NCBI GenBank assembly: GCA_028286825.1
Contig: JAQBQV010000011.1
Span: forward strand, 12,920 to 76,919
DNA from: Parcubacteria group bacterium
GTDB taxonomy: Bacteria > Patescibacteriota > Minisyncoccia > Phycocordibacterales > Phycocordibacteraceae
Reading direction: 5' to 3'
DNA: 64,000 nucleotides
Every line of letters begins with the position of its first letter. Position 1 is the stretch's first letter. Shown here one piece after another: positions 10,199 through 19,090 of the stretch. The translations under genes and the position numbers were made by a program. The notes under the pieces were generated by a model. That model was given only the letters and a program-made list of their open reading frames with translations. It was not told the DNA's origin and ran no database searches.

Positions 10199-10717
10199 TT
10201 AGTCGAAAATTTCAATACCGTCAGGTAAATCGCGTTTCAAGACCTTAATTTTTTTAATCGGCGCAACTGGTGTATAGCTTACAAACTCGACGCCAGGTTT
10301 ATCTGGGTGTGGTACAAACTTAGATCTATCAAGTACATAGATCCAACCTGAGGCTGAGTCTTTAAGGTTTTCAGCGGTGTCTCGACGTATGGCGAAATGC
10401 AACCGATCGGTAGTAGCTCCGTCGTCATGCATAGATGTACGGTTTCCAAAGCTCACAGTTGAAGACCCTCCAGTCACGTTACTCCCTTTCAGTAGTGCAG
10501 AGAATATAGCCATATCGGCTTTGCTCGATGCAAAAACGGCTGGCACGCCATCCGGCCCGGTTTCAGTATCCATTGCTTGCCGCGGCTCGAGTTCCGCAAC
10601 GTCCACATCAGTACCTGAAAAAAAGTATTTGTCTTCGGCTTCAAGGTCATACAGCTCCTGCTTTTCAGGCGAAAGTGGTTTTTTCTCAAATTCTGCAGAT
10701 GGCATTTGTTCGCCCAT
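10199..10717 (-). CDS. Hypothetical protein
   Basis: ORF within operon; LEPRQA...VFAS...GWIYVL. Confidence 0.65.
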   Translation of the reverse strand: MGEQMPSAEFEKKPLSPEKQELYDLEAEDKYFFSGTDVDVAELEPRQAMDTETGPDGVPAVFASSKADMAIFSALLKGSNVTGGSSTVSFGNRTSMHDDGATTDRLHFAIRRDTAENLKDSASGWIYVLDRSKFVPHPDKPGVEFVSYTPVAPIKKIKVLKRDLPDGIEIFD

Positions 10718-10721
10718 AGAG

Positions 10722-11747
10722 TTATTGCTTCGCTAAAATGCTTTTTTGATACGTATCTAAATGCTTGAGCGCAATGCCGGTACCGCGTGCGACACAATAG
10801 TAAGGGTCAGTGGCGAGCTTTGCCTGGACGCCGGTGCGACGGTACACAAGCTCAGGCATTAACCTAAGTTGCGAAGAGCCGCCTGTGAGAATAATGCCGT
10901 TGTCGATGATGTCGGCAGCAAGCTCGGGTGGTGTGTCTTGAAGTACTTTGCGCACTGCCTGCGTCATTTCGCGGAGCTCCCGAGACATTGCCTGGACCAG
11001 ATCGTTCGTCGAGATCTCGACCGTGCGCGGCAAGCCGCTCATAAGGTCGCGACCTTTGACGCTCATGGTCAGCTCTTCGTTCATCGGTACGGCAGCCCCC
11101 ACTTTAATTTTTATATCTTCAGCGGTCTTGTCGCCTATCGCTAAGTTATGCTGCTTCTTTACGTGGTCGACTACAGCGCGATCAAGCCTGTCGCCCGCGC
11201 ACTTCACACTTGTCGAGGCGACGATACCGCCAAGAGAAATCACTGCAACGTCGATCGTACCGCCACCAATGTCAGCGATCATACGACCCATCGGTTCGTG
11301 AATCGGAATCCCAGCCCCAATCGCGGCAAGGATCGGCTCCTTCACGACGTACGCGTTCTTCGCGCCCGCCTTAAGCGCCGCCTCGATCACGGCGCGCTTC
11401 TCGGTAGAAGTAACGCCCGCCGGGACGGAGACAAGCACCGTTGGCTTAAATGGATTCCTTCCGAGCGCTTTACGAATAAAATAACGAAGCATCGCCTCAG
11501 TGACGCGATAATCAGCGATCACGCCATCTTTCATCGGGCGGTACGCCACGATGTCGTCAGGAGTGCGTCCGATCATTTGCTTGGCTTCCGTCCCGATCGC
11601 CATGATCTTGTTCCCGCGTTTGCCATCTCGATTCTTCCCTACTGCCACAACGGACGGTTCATTGATCACCACGCCTTTGCCGGGGACAAAAACGAGCACG
11701 TTGGTGGTACCGAGATCGATCCCAAGCTTTGGGGAAAAGAAGGACAT
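10722..11747 (-). CDS. mreB: Second MreB/Mbl paralog
   Basis: GIDLGTTNV, EPSVVA, DIGGGTID, TGGSSQL; start trimmed to MSFFSPKLG. Confidence 0.95.
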   Translation of the reverse strand: MSFFSPKLGIDLGTTNVLVFVPGKGVVINEPSVVAVGKNRDGKRGNKIMAIGTEAKQMIGRTPDDIVAYRPMKDGVIADYRVTEAMLRYFIRKALGRNPFKPTVLVSVPAGVTSTEKRAVIEAALKAGAKNAYVVKEPILAAIGAGIPIHEPMGRMIADIGGGTIDVAVISLGGIVASTSVKCAGDRLDRAVVDHVKKQHNLAIGDKTAEDIKIKVGAAVPMNEELTMSVKGRDLMSGLPRTVEISTNDLVQAMSRELREMTQAVRKVLQDTPPELAADIIDNGIILTGGSSQLRLMPELVYRRTGVQAKLATDPYYCVARGTGIALKHLDTYQKSILAKQ

Positions 11748-11772
11748 TAGGCCTAATGTTACACTACCTCCT

Positions 11773-13083
11773 ATGCAAGGCGAAATGAGCTTTATTATCG
11801 AGGGCGGCAAACCGCTTTCTGGGCGCGTCGAGACGAGCAGGTCTAAGAATGGCGCAGTCGCACTTCTTGCGGCTTCTCTCCTAAATAAAGGGACGACTAC
11901 TCTCAAGCGTGTACCGCAAATCGAAGAAGTGAATCGCCTCATTGAAGTTCTTGAATCGATCGGGATGAAGGTCGAGCGCGATGGCAGCACCATTACGCTT
12001 ACTCCGCCCACGAGTTACTCTCTCGAGACAATAAATAAAGCTGCCGCTACACGTACGCGCAGCATTCTAATGTTTATCGGACCACTCATCCACCACTTCA
12101 ATTCTTTTGACCTCCCTCAATCTGGGGGCTGCAATTTTGGGACGCGAACCGTCCGCCCTCACTTATGGGCATTACAACGTTTCGGTGTCGCGATTGATGC
12201 ACTGACTGACAGTTTCCATGTGAATCATAATGGACTCTCGCCTGCGACAATCATTCTCGAAGAGTCAAGCGATACTGCGACCGAAAATGCACTTTTCGCA
12301 GCGGCATTGATCCCGGGAACGTCAGTCATCAAATACGCGTCTGCTAATTACCAGGTACAGGAAATTTGCGGATTCCTGCGAGCCCTCGGTGTAAAAATTG
12401 ATGGCGTGGGGACAACTACGCTTGTCGTCACTGGTGCTCGTGACATAGCGATTGACGTCGAATACACCGTCGCACAAGACCCGACTGATGCAATGTTTTT
12501 CCTTGCGAGCGGTATTGTGACCAAGTCTGACCTCAGTATTTTGCATGCGCCTATCGAATTTCTTGAGATCGAACTCGCGGTGCTTGAGAAAATGAGACTA
12601 ACGTTTAGTGTCACGGACGCGGGCGTATCAGAAAATGGCATTACAAAACTTGCCGACATTCATATTGAACCGTCAGAGCTCATTGCCTTTCCAGAAAAGA
12701 TTCATGCGCGCCCTTACCCCGGCCTCAACATTGACAACCTTCCCTTCTTTGCCGTGATCGGCACAGTAGCCTCAGGCATGACGTTTATTCACGACTGGAC
12801 CTTTGAGAAACGCGCGATTTATTACACTGAGCTCGATCGCCTCGGGGCTGATACGCGCCTTATGGACCCGCACCGTATTCAAATAGTGGGACCGACGCAC
12901 TTGCGCGCAGCAGAAATCATTTGCCCTCCCGCACTGCGCCCGGCGACCATTATTCTCGTTGCCATGCTGGCTGCCAGTGGCCGCTCGACACTTCGCAACG
13001 TCTACTCGATCAATCGCGGTTACGAAGACATAGTCGCGCGCCTCCAAAAGCTCGGTGCCTCAATTGAAGCCCACACGACGTAG
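11773..13083 (+). CDS. murA: UDP-N-acetylglucosamine 1-carboxyvinyltransferase
   Basis: SKNGAVALLAASLL, SGGCNFGTR (catalytic Cys), INRGYE; start trimmed to MQGEMSF. Confidence 0.95.
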   Translation: MQGEMSFIIEGGKPLSGRVETSRSKNGAVALLAASLLNKGTTTLKRVPQIEEVNRLIEVLESIGMKVERDGSTITLTPPTSYSLETINKAAATRTRSILMFIGPLIHHFNSFDLPQSGGCNFGTRTVRPHLWALQRFGVAIDALTDSFHVNHNGLSPATIILEESSDTATENALFAAALIPGTSVIKYASANYQVQEICGFLRALGVKIDGVGTTTLVVTGARDIAIDVEYTVAQDPTDAMFFLASGIVTKSDLSILHAPIEFLEIELAVLEKMRLTFSVTDAGVSENGITKLADIHIEPSELIAFPEKIHARPYPGLNIDNLPFFAVIGTVASGMTFIHDWTFEKRAIYYTELDRLGADTRLMDPHRIQIVGPTHLRAAEIICPPALRPATIILVAMLAASGRSTLRNVYSINRGYEDIVARLQKLGASIEAHTT

Positions 13084-13085
13084 GT

Positions 13086-13370
13086 ATGAAATCAATTGGC
13101 GACATTCTCCCTGAATACAACAAAAAAGCGGCAGAGGAGCCGAAAGGGCGAAAGCGTAAGACTGAGCGCGGCGAGATGATGCGCTTCTTTTTGCGACATT
13201 TAAATTACTCTCGCAAAACAGACGGCCTTCCGCCCATGACGATGGCCCACTTGGGCACCGTGCTTGAGCAGATCCCCACGCAAGATCTCTATTATTTAAA
13301 AAGTGTGTGCAGTCAGGCAAAGAGTTTTAGTAAAACGTTTTGGTGGGAGTTGGATCCGACGAAGCATTAA
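13086..13370 (+). CDS. Small hypothetical protein
   Basis: ORF directly after murA, followed by a hairpin. Confidence 0.7.
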   Translation: MKSIGDILPEYNKKAAEEPKGRKRKTERGEMMRFFLRHLNYSRKTDGLPPMTMAHLGTVLEQIPTQDLYYLKSVCSQAKSFSKTFWWELDPTKH

Positions 13371-13376
13371 AAAAGC

Positions 13377-13394
13377 GGCCACCTTTCGGTGGCC
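13377..13394. terminator. Hairpin between convergent genes
   Basis: GGCCACC-TTTC-GGTGGCC with upstream A-run. Confidence 0.6.
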
Positions 13395-13401
13395 TTGCGC
13401 T

Positions 13402-13992
13402 CTATCCCTGATTAATACTTCGAACACCGAGTAAGTATTCATTGGGGCTGAAAGTTGTGTTGGTGATTGGAAGAATTTTTAGCTTTCGCGTCCACTTCTT
13501 TCTGTCCTTGTCGTACTCGTAGACAAGAGCGGACGCGGCAAATTGACCATGCCGAAGTGTTTCCTGCCCAACCGCAAATATAATGCGGCGCTCAGTTCCT
13601 CCCTTAAAGTGCTGCTGCACGTACGCGAGCAACTGTTCAAAGTTTGCTGGGTTAAACTTCATGTCCCCAGCCTTCATTGCAGACGTTATCGTCAAACCAG
13701 GTGGGTGTCCCATTGCTGGAAACAATTTGTACTCAAGCACCTCGACACCCTTGATTTTGTACGCACTACTCATCAACCCGTCGCGAATCGGCTGTTCGAC
13801 CGCGTCAAAGTGTCCTCTATCGAGAAGCTGATCGAGACGGTGACTGTAGTTAACGGTAATTTTTGAGCCAGCATGTGTGGCGAGAGCCGGCCCCGTCGCC
13901 GCAGCTGACTCGTCTCCAAGAAGCGGAGTCGAGAACGCAATCAAACACAGTGCCAGTACTATTAAGAACGAGCGAAACATGAAGACCTCCAC
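13402..13992 (-). CDS. Secreted hypothetical protein
   Basis: Signal peptide; GGAGG RBS suggests MFRSF (13980) as the true start. Confidence 0.65.
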   Translation of the reverse strand: MEVFMFRSFLIVLALCLIAFSTPLLGDESAAATGPALATHAGSKITVNYSHRLDQLLDRGHFDAVEQPIRDGLMSSAYKIKGVEVLEYKLFPAMGHPPGLTITSAMKAGDMKFNPANFEQLLAYVQQHFKGGTERRIIFAVGQETLRHGQFAASALVYEYDKDRKKWTRKLKILPITNTTFSPNEYLLGVRSINQG

Positions 13993-14083
13993 GAGAGTTG
14001 AAAGGTGTGAGCTTCTTTAACAGATCTGCGTCCCTCTCCCCATACTCTACGACAGAAAGGGCTGTTCTGCTATACTAGGCAAC

Positions 14084-14614
14084 ATGAAAGAAATCGTGCA
14101 AGACGGCGCTTCAATATTACGCGAAGTAGCAGAGTTAGTGCCTGAGTCAATGTTTGGCACCCCTGAGCTCAAGGCACTCATCGCGACTATGACTGATGCA
14201 CTCGACCAGGAGCTCGAGGGAGTTGCGCTTGCTGCGCCCCAGATTGGCGTACCCTACCGTGTGTTTATCGTCCGAAAGGATCGCACTCTCCCACCCGAGC
14301 CTGAAGGAACTGTAGCGACAATACCTCCAGTCCCGGTAATTGAAGTGTACGTGAACCCTGAAATCGTTAAAACGTCGAAGAAGCGCGCGCTCGCTGATGA
14401 AGGCTGTCTCTCAGTGCGAGGTGTCTACGGCACTACCAGTCGCCACGAGCGAGCGACCGTTCGAGCTCGCACCATCGACGGGTCGAAGTTTGAGCGCGGC
14501 CGCGGCGGGCTCATGGCACAAATTTTTGAACACGAGATCGATCACTTGAACGGTATTCTCTTTATTGATCACGCCGAGCACCTCGTCCACCTCCACCATG
14601 AACCAGTCGCATAA
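14084..14614 (+). CDS. def: Peptide deformylase
   Basis: GVALAAPQIG, EGCLS, HEIDHLNG. Confidence 0.97.
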   Translation: MKEIVQDGASILREVAELVPESMFGTPELKALIATMTDALDQELEGVALAAPQIGVPYRVFIVRKDRTLPPEPEGTVATIPPVPVIEVYVNPEIVKTSKKRALADEGCLSVRGVYGTTSRHERATVRARTIDGSKFERGRGGLMAQIFEHEIDHLNGILFIDHAEHLVHLHHEPVA

Positions 14615-15428
14615 CTTCGTTTTTTTTGGCACACCGACTGTCGCGAGTGAGACACTAGCCACACTCCTTAAATATGGGTTTGTTCCAAGCCTGGTCGTTA
14701 CTTCGCCTGACGCTCCGAAGGGCCGAGGGCTCACGCTCACTCCGTCTCCGACTAAAGTACTCGCGACCGAGCGAGGGATCGCCGTCATCACTCCCGAGAT
14801 CCTCGATCAAGCTACGATTGACGCCATCAAGGCATTCGACGCTGAATATGGAATCTGCGTCGCCTATGGCAAAATTTTTCCTGAAGAATTGATCGCCGCC
14901 TTCCCGCTGGGAGTACTCAACGTGCACTACTCACTCCTCCCGAAATACCGCGGGGCAACACCGCTTGAGGGTGCGCTACTTGCTGGTGAAAGCGAAACCG
15001 GCGTCACGATACAGAAGATGGTTAAGGCACTTGATGCGGGCGACATAGTCGCGCAAGAGTCAACACCGATCGAGCCCTTTGAGACTGCACGTGAGCTACG
15101 CCCGCGCCTCATTACGCTCGGCGCACGACTTCTCGCCGACTCGCTTCCTGCTTTTGTGGCCGGATCCATTACCACAACTCAGCAGGACGAATCGCTCGCA
15201 ACACGCTCCGGCAAGATAAATAAATCAGATGGTGAGCTTAATATCTCTTCAGACGCGGTAGCAAACTGGAATAAGTATCGAGCGTACACTGACTCGATCG
15301 GCACGTACTTCTTCGAGAACGGTAAGCGACTGAAAATCATTGCTGCCACTTTTAAAGACGGGACGTTTACTGTCGAGCGCGTAATCCCCGAGGGGAAAAA
15401 TGAGACCTCCTACCCTCTCCACACTTAA
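14598..15428 (+). CDS. fmt: Methionyl-tRNA formyltransferase
   Basis: FFGTP, NVHYSLLPKYRGATP, LDAGDI; follows def. Confidence 0.96.
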   Translation: MNQSHNFVFFGTPTVASETLATLLKYGFVPSLVVTSPDAPKGRGLTLTPSPTKVLATERGIAVITPEILDQATIDAIKAFDAEYGICVAYGKIFPEELIAAFPLGVLNVHYSLLPKYRGATPLEGALLAGESETGVTIQKMVKALDAGDIVAQESTPIEPFETARELRPRLITLGARLLADSLPAFVAGSITTTQQDESLATRSGKINKSDGELNISSDAVANWNKYRAYTDSIGTYFFENGKRLKIIAATFKDGTFTVERVIPEGKNETSYPLHT

Positions 15429-15459
15429 AATTCACCCACGCGTAGTAGTATAGAAGTCT

Positions 15460-16008
15460 ATGACATACCTAACTGAAGGAGCGAGAGTGCCTGACGTCGT
15501 ATTTAAAACCCGTGTGCGAGATGAATCGCTTGGCGGAGAAAACCCCTACCGTTGGCAGGATGTTACTACCGCAGAAGTGTTTAGCGGAAAGAAGATTATG
15601 GTGCTCGCCTTACCCGGAGCATTTACACCTATCTGCGACTCAGTGCACCTACCCGGATATGAGGCTCACTACGACGAATTTAAAGAGTTTGATATTGACG
15701 GGGTGTACTGTATTTCAGTTAACGATGCCTATGTGATGAAGCGGTGGGCTGACAGTCTTGGCGTTAAGAATGTAAAAATGCTCCCTGACGGTAATGCTTG
15801 GTTTACCCGCGCAATGGGTATGCTCGTAAAGAAGGAAAATCTCGGCTTCGGCGAGCGCAGTTGGCGATACTCAATGCTGGTAGAAGACGGCGTGATCAAG
15901 AAGCTTTTTGTAGAGCCAGGCTTTTCGGACAACAGTAATGACGATCCATTAGAAGTCTCAGACGCTGACACAATGCTCGCCTACTTAGGCGATTCAAAAA
16001 ATCAATAA
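15460..16008 (+). CDS. Peroxiredoxin (Prx5/Redoxin type)
   Basis: LPGAFTPIC, SVNDAYVM, RSWRYSM. Confidence 0.93.
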   Translation: MTYLTEGARVPDVVFKTRVRDESLGGENPYRWQDVTTAEVFSGKKIMVLALPGAFTPICDSVHLPGYEAHYDEFKEFDIDGVYCISVNDAYVMKRWADSLGVKNVKMLPDGNAWFTRAMGMLVKKENLGFGERSWRYSMLVEDGVIKKLFVEPGFSDNSNDDPLEVSDADTMLAYLGDSKNQ

Positions 16009-16024
16009 AACAAGTTGAATTGGT

Positions 16025-16387
16025 CTAGCGACCGAACCTAAACATTTCTTTCATAGCTGCGCCACCACGACGGATGAAGCGTCGTGCTCGCCCGCGCGAT
16101 TTTCGGATCCCACTCTCAAGCTCGCCTCGAACGCGATCAGCCGCACTCGCTGCACTCGGCTTGACTGCCTCGGCATGAAAGACTTGGCCGTTGACTGAGA
16201 GGTTGGCGACGAGCCGTGTAGGAGTTGAAGATCTGCCTTCAGCTGGAGCATCTTCAAGCTCGACTTCTAGAAGTGCGGAATCGCCGAGCTCACCCAAAAG
16301 TCGTAGAGGTGCAGCAAGTTTCTCTTCGATAATAGCTTCAGTCTGTGGGGTTAGCTGATACTTAGTCGCTTTAATAGTGATATTCAT
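16025..16387 (-). CDS. hpf: HPF/RaiA-family ribosome-associated protein
   Basis: MNITIKATKYQLT N-terminus and size match the HPF fold; divergent. Confidence 0.7.
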   Translation of the reverse strand: MNITIKATKYQLTPQTEAIIEEKLAAPLRLLGELGDSALLEVELEDAPAEGRSSTPTRLVANLSVNGQVFHAEAVKPSAASAADRVRGELESGIRKSRGRARRFIRRGGAAMKEMFRFGR

Positions 16388-16473
16388 TGTATATAGAATC
16401 AGCTGATAACACTTTATAAGTATAGTACGAATCTTCGCTTAATTATGAGTTGCCTATGCTAGGGCGTCCTTTT

Positions 16474-16968
16474 TTATTTTCGCGAATACCTACCAATCAA
16501 TTTGGTTTCAGCGATTACAGATGGCTTAAGGGAGTTGAGCACCTCTTGTTTTGTCGCACCCGGCTGGAGAGTAAGTGTATCGCGGAGCGCAAAGAGCTTG
16601 AAAATATATCGATGCTCATGCGGCTCATATTCTGGAGGAGGGCACGGACCTGTGTAGGACTGCTCCCCCGTGCTCGTCGCTCCTAGTGTTCCGACGTTCT
16701 TGCCTTCCGGTATCTCGCTCGTTTCAGGCGGAATATTAAAAAGAGTCCAATGGTCGAAGCTATCGATTCCAAACTCTTTTTTCTTTTCCTCAGGAATGTC
16801 AGGGTCGTCCATGATAAGCACGAGCGACTTTGCCGCTTCAGGTACGCCACTAATGGTAAGCGGGGGTGACAGGCTCCTGTCGCCGTCACAGGTGTATTTA
16901 GCCGGGATCATCCCACCCTCCTCAAACGCTGGGCTAGTCAGTTCAAGGTTTCCATCCATTCTGGCCAT
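16474..16968 (-). CDS. YbhB/YbcL (PEBP) family protein
   Basis: LTSPAF, MDDPD, HWTLFNIP, GPCPP, HRYIF. Confidence 0.93.
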   Translation of the reverse strand: MARMDGNLELTSPAFEEGGMIPAKYTCDGDRSLSPPLTISGVPEAAKSLVLIMDDPDIPEEKKKEFGIDSFDHWTLFNIPPETSEIPEGKNVGTLGATSTGEQSYTGPCPPPEYEPHEHRYIFKLFALRDTLTLQPGATKQEVLNSLKPSVIAETKLIGRYSRK

Positions 16969-17043
16969 TTTAACATTGCGACATATGATTTTTCGGTTAG
17001 AATGCGATAACGCCCTCCGCTCAAGGCTGAGGGCAAAGAACAT

Positions 17044-17169
17044 TCCGCGGTAGCTCAGTGGTAAGCCGTCCGAACGGCTTCCTCCCGGCGCTTGCCTCGG
17101 ATGACTGAAAGCAGACTTTCACTCATCACTCGGCGCGCTTGGTAGTAGAGCGGCTCGCAGAAAACGAGT
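17044..17169 (+). pseudogene. Degenerate 5' copy of tRNA-Asn interrupted in the D-loop by a structured ~80-nt insert
   Basis: 17039-17063 is identical to 17191-17215; match resumes GTAGAGCGGCTCGC at 17145-17158; anticodon loop altered; no T-arm. Confidence 0.7.
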
Positions 17170-17195
17170 GAGAGCATTTAGAATCGTAGTAACAT

Positions 17196-17267
17196 TCCGC
17201 GGTAGCTCAGTGGTAGAGCGGCTCGCTGTTAACGAGTTGGTCGTAGGTTCGAATCCTACCCGCGGAG
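17196..17267 (+). tRNA. trnN: tRNA-Asn (GTT)
   Basis: TCCGCGG/CCGCGGA acceptor stem, D-arm TAGCTCAGTGGTAGAGC, anticodon arm CTCG-CTGTTAA-CGAG, T-loop GGTTCGAATCC; CCA not encoded. Confidence 0.97.
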
Positions 17268-18962
17268 CAAAGTTTGGAAATGAGGTGCAGAAGCCTGGAA
17301 AGACTCTTGATTATCAAGGGTCTTTTTAGGTTCTAACGACTTCAAGAGCGCCCGCTGTGAGGTAACTTCGTTTTCGATGAGTAAAAACGGATGAAGCTTG
17401 TGTATGCTGAGTTTTCTATCCTTTAGTGTCATGTTCGAGCCGATGGTAGAGAATATAGTCCTCTTCTTTCTCAAGTCTCCTGTATTGAAATGATGCAGGG
17501 CGAATGCGCAGAATTTGAATGTTCGTTCAGCCGCAGCTAGCGACTGATCAAGTGTGTCTCGCGTAGAAGCTAATTGCTTTTCAGCTTGATCGCGATCAGC
17601 GACTATTTCCGACTTTAGCTTCCTAAATTCCTCTGAGGTATATAACTCGTGATTAGTGTTTTGCGGTGAGGTATATTCGCGGTGAAGATTCTTAAGACGC
17701 GTTTGGCAAGACTCATACACGGACTCGAGAGACTTGCGGGCTACACCTTCTTCTTTTCCAAAATGCTTCTGCTTATCCGCTAGGTAATCGAGAGCCAATG
17801 CCAAATAGTCTTGGTCTATGTTGATCTTCATGAGTTCCTCGGCAAACTGAGTTTCGAGTTCCTCAAGGCGAATAGTCTTCTGGCTGCATGTGCGGTCCTT
17901 CTTCTTAGTACAGCGGTAGTACGTGTAATGAAGGACAGTCGGATTATGCATTGAAGATATGTCTACCGAACACTTTGGACAAGCGGTCTTGTTTTCGTAC
18001 GCGAATTTATGCTTACACACCGAGCAAATGAGCTGGTGTTTATCTTCAGCCGTGATCATTGAATCGCACTCTCCACAATGAATGAGGCCCGTATATGCAA
18101 AGGTACGAGTCTTCGGTTGCGGTTTACCTTTCTTGCCTAAGAGTGTCTGCGCTCGCCAATACTCTGCTTCAGTGATCATCGGGTCATGATTTCCCTTAAG
18201 AAGACGCTTCTCTCCTGTTTCCGGGTCTATCCATGGGAAGTAACCGTAGTAGAAAGGGTCGCTAAAGATTTTATACACATGGCTCATGGTAAGTGGATGA
18301 CCACCTATCCTGCGCCGCTGAAGCGTTCGAAGACCCCACTGCTCATTGGCCATACTTCGTATTGATGACACAGAATAAGTGCCGCTCAAGAACATATCCC
18401 ACATTCGCCGCACGAGGTCGAAACGATCAGGGTCACTCGCTATAGTTTTATTACCCTTTTCGATCCCTACGTTTAGGTATCCAATAGGGCCACCTGAAGG
18501 TCTCCATCCTCTTATAGCTTTACCGTTTAAACCGCGTTTAACATTCTTTGATAAGCGCATTACATAATCAGTTGCTCTGCCTCCCTCGATGCTCATGAGG
18601 AGACCTGCGTCTTCGGGATAGTAGGAGCGGCTCGGCGTTTTAATAACCTTGATAACTGCTTTTTGGAGCATCCATTGAAGTCGCCCGTTATCGATAGGGT
18701 TGCGAGACAAACGGTCAATGTCCCAACATAGAAGTGCGTCTGCCTCACCAGCTTCAATGCGGTCGAGCATAGCGCCAAATACGAGTCTACCAGGGTCTTT
18801 TGCGCTGCGTTCTTCAATGTAGGGTGGTCTCACCAACAATAGTCCTTCACGCTCAATAATTACGCCTAGAGCCTTAGTTTGGTCCCCTATCGAGGCAATC
18901 TGGCGCTGACTGTCCTCCGAGCTCTTACGAGCATATATGAAGTATTTTGGGGTCGTGTTCAT
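17256..18962 (-). CDS. Large serine recombinase (resolvase, recombinase, zinc ribbon and coiled-coil domains)
   Basis: YARKSSED catalytic Ser motif, DRLSRN, GNHDPMIT, LIHCGEC...YYRC; stop codon inside the tRNA (QTLLRG*). Confidence 0.95.
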   Translation of the reverse strand: MNTTPKYFIYARKSSEDSQRQIASIGDQTKALGVIIEREGLLLVRPPYIEERSAKDPGRLVFGAMLDRIEAGEADALLCWDIDRLSRNPIDNGRLQWMLQKAVIKVIKTPSRSYYPEDAGLLMSIEGGRATDYVMRLSKNVKRGLNGKAIRGWRPSGGPIGYLNVGIEKGNKTIASDPDRFDLVRRMWDMFLSGTYSVSSIRSMANEQWGLRTLQRRRIGGHPLTMSHVYKIFSDPFYYGYFPWIDPETGEKRLLKGNHDPMITEAEYWRAQTLLGKKGKPQPKTRTFAYTGLIHCGECDSMITAEDKHQLICSVCKHKFAYENKTACPKCSVDISSMHNPTVLHYTYYRCTKKKDRTCSQKTIRLEELETQFAEELMKINIDQDYLALALDYLADKQKHFGKEEGVARKSLESVYESCQTRLKNLHREYTSPQNTNHELYTSEEFRKLKSEIVADRDQAEKQLASTRDTLDQSLAAAERTFKFCAFALHHFNTGDLRKKRTIFSTIGSNMTLKDRKLSIHKLHPFLLIENEVTSQRALLKSLEPKKTLDNQESFQASAPHFQTLLRG

Positions 18963-19090
18963 AGCAGGCTGTGACTTATCGTAACACCTGAAAGATGGCA
19001 GTTATTGCTAGGTAATATCATCTTGCCGAATTGCCATTCTTTATTTCCCAAAGGGAATGAATTGAATTTGGTAATTTGGCAAAACATATA

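Noticed and set aside
11551-12011. Long antisense overlap of mreB and murA in the ORF track
   Set aside because: Artefact of upstream alternative starts; homology begins at 11747 (-) and 11773 (+).
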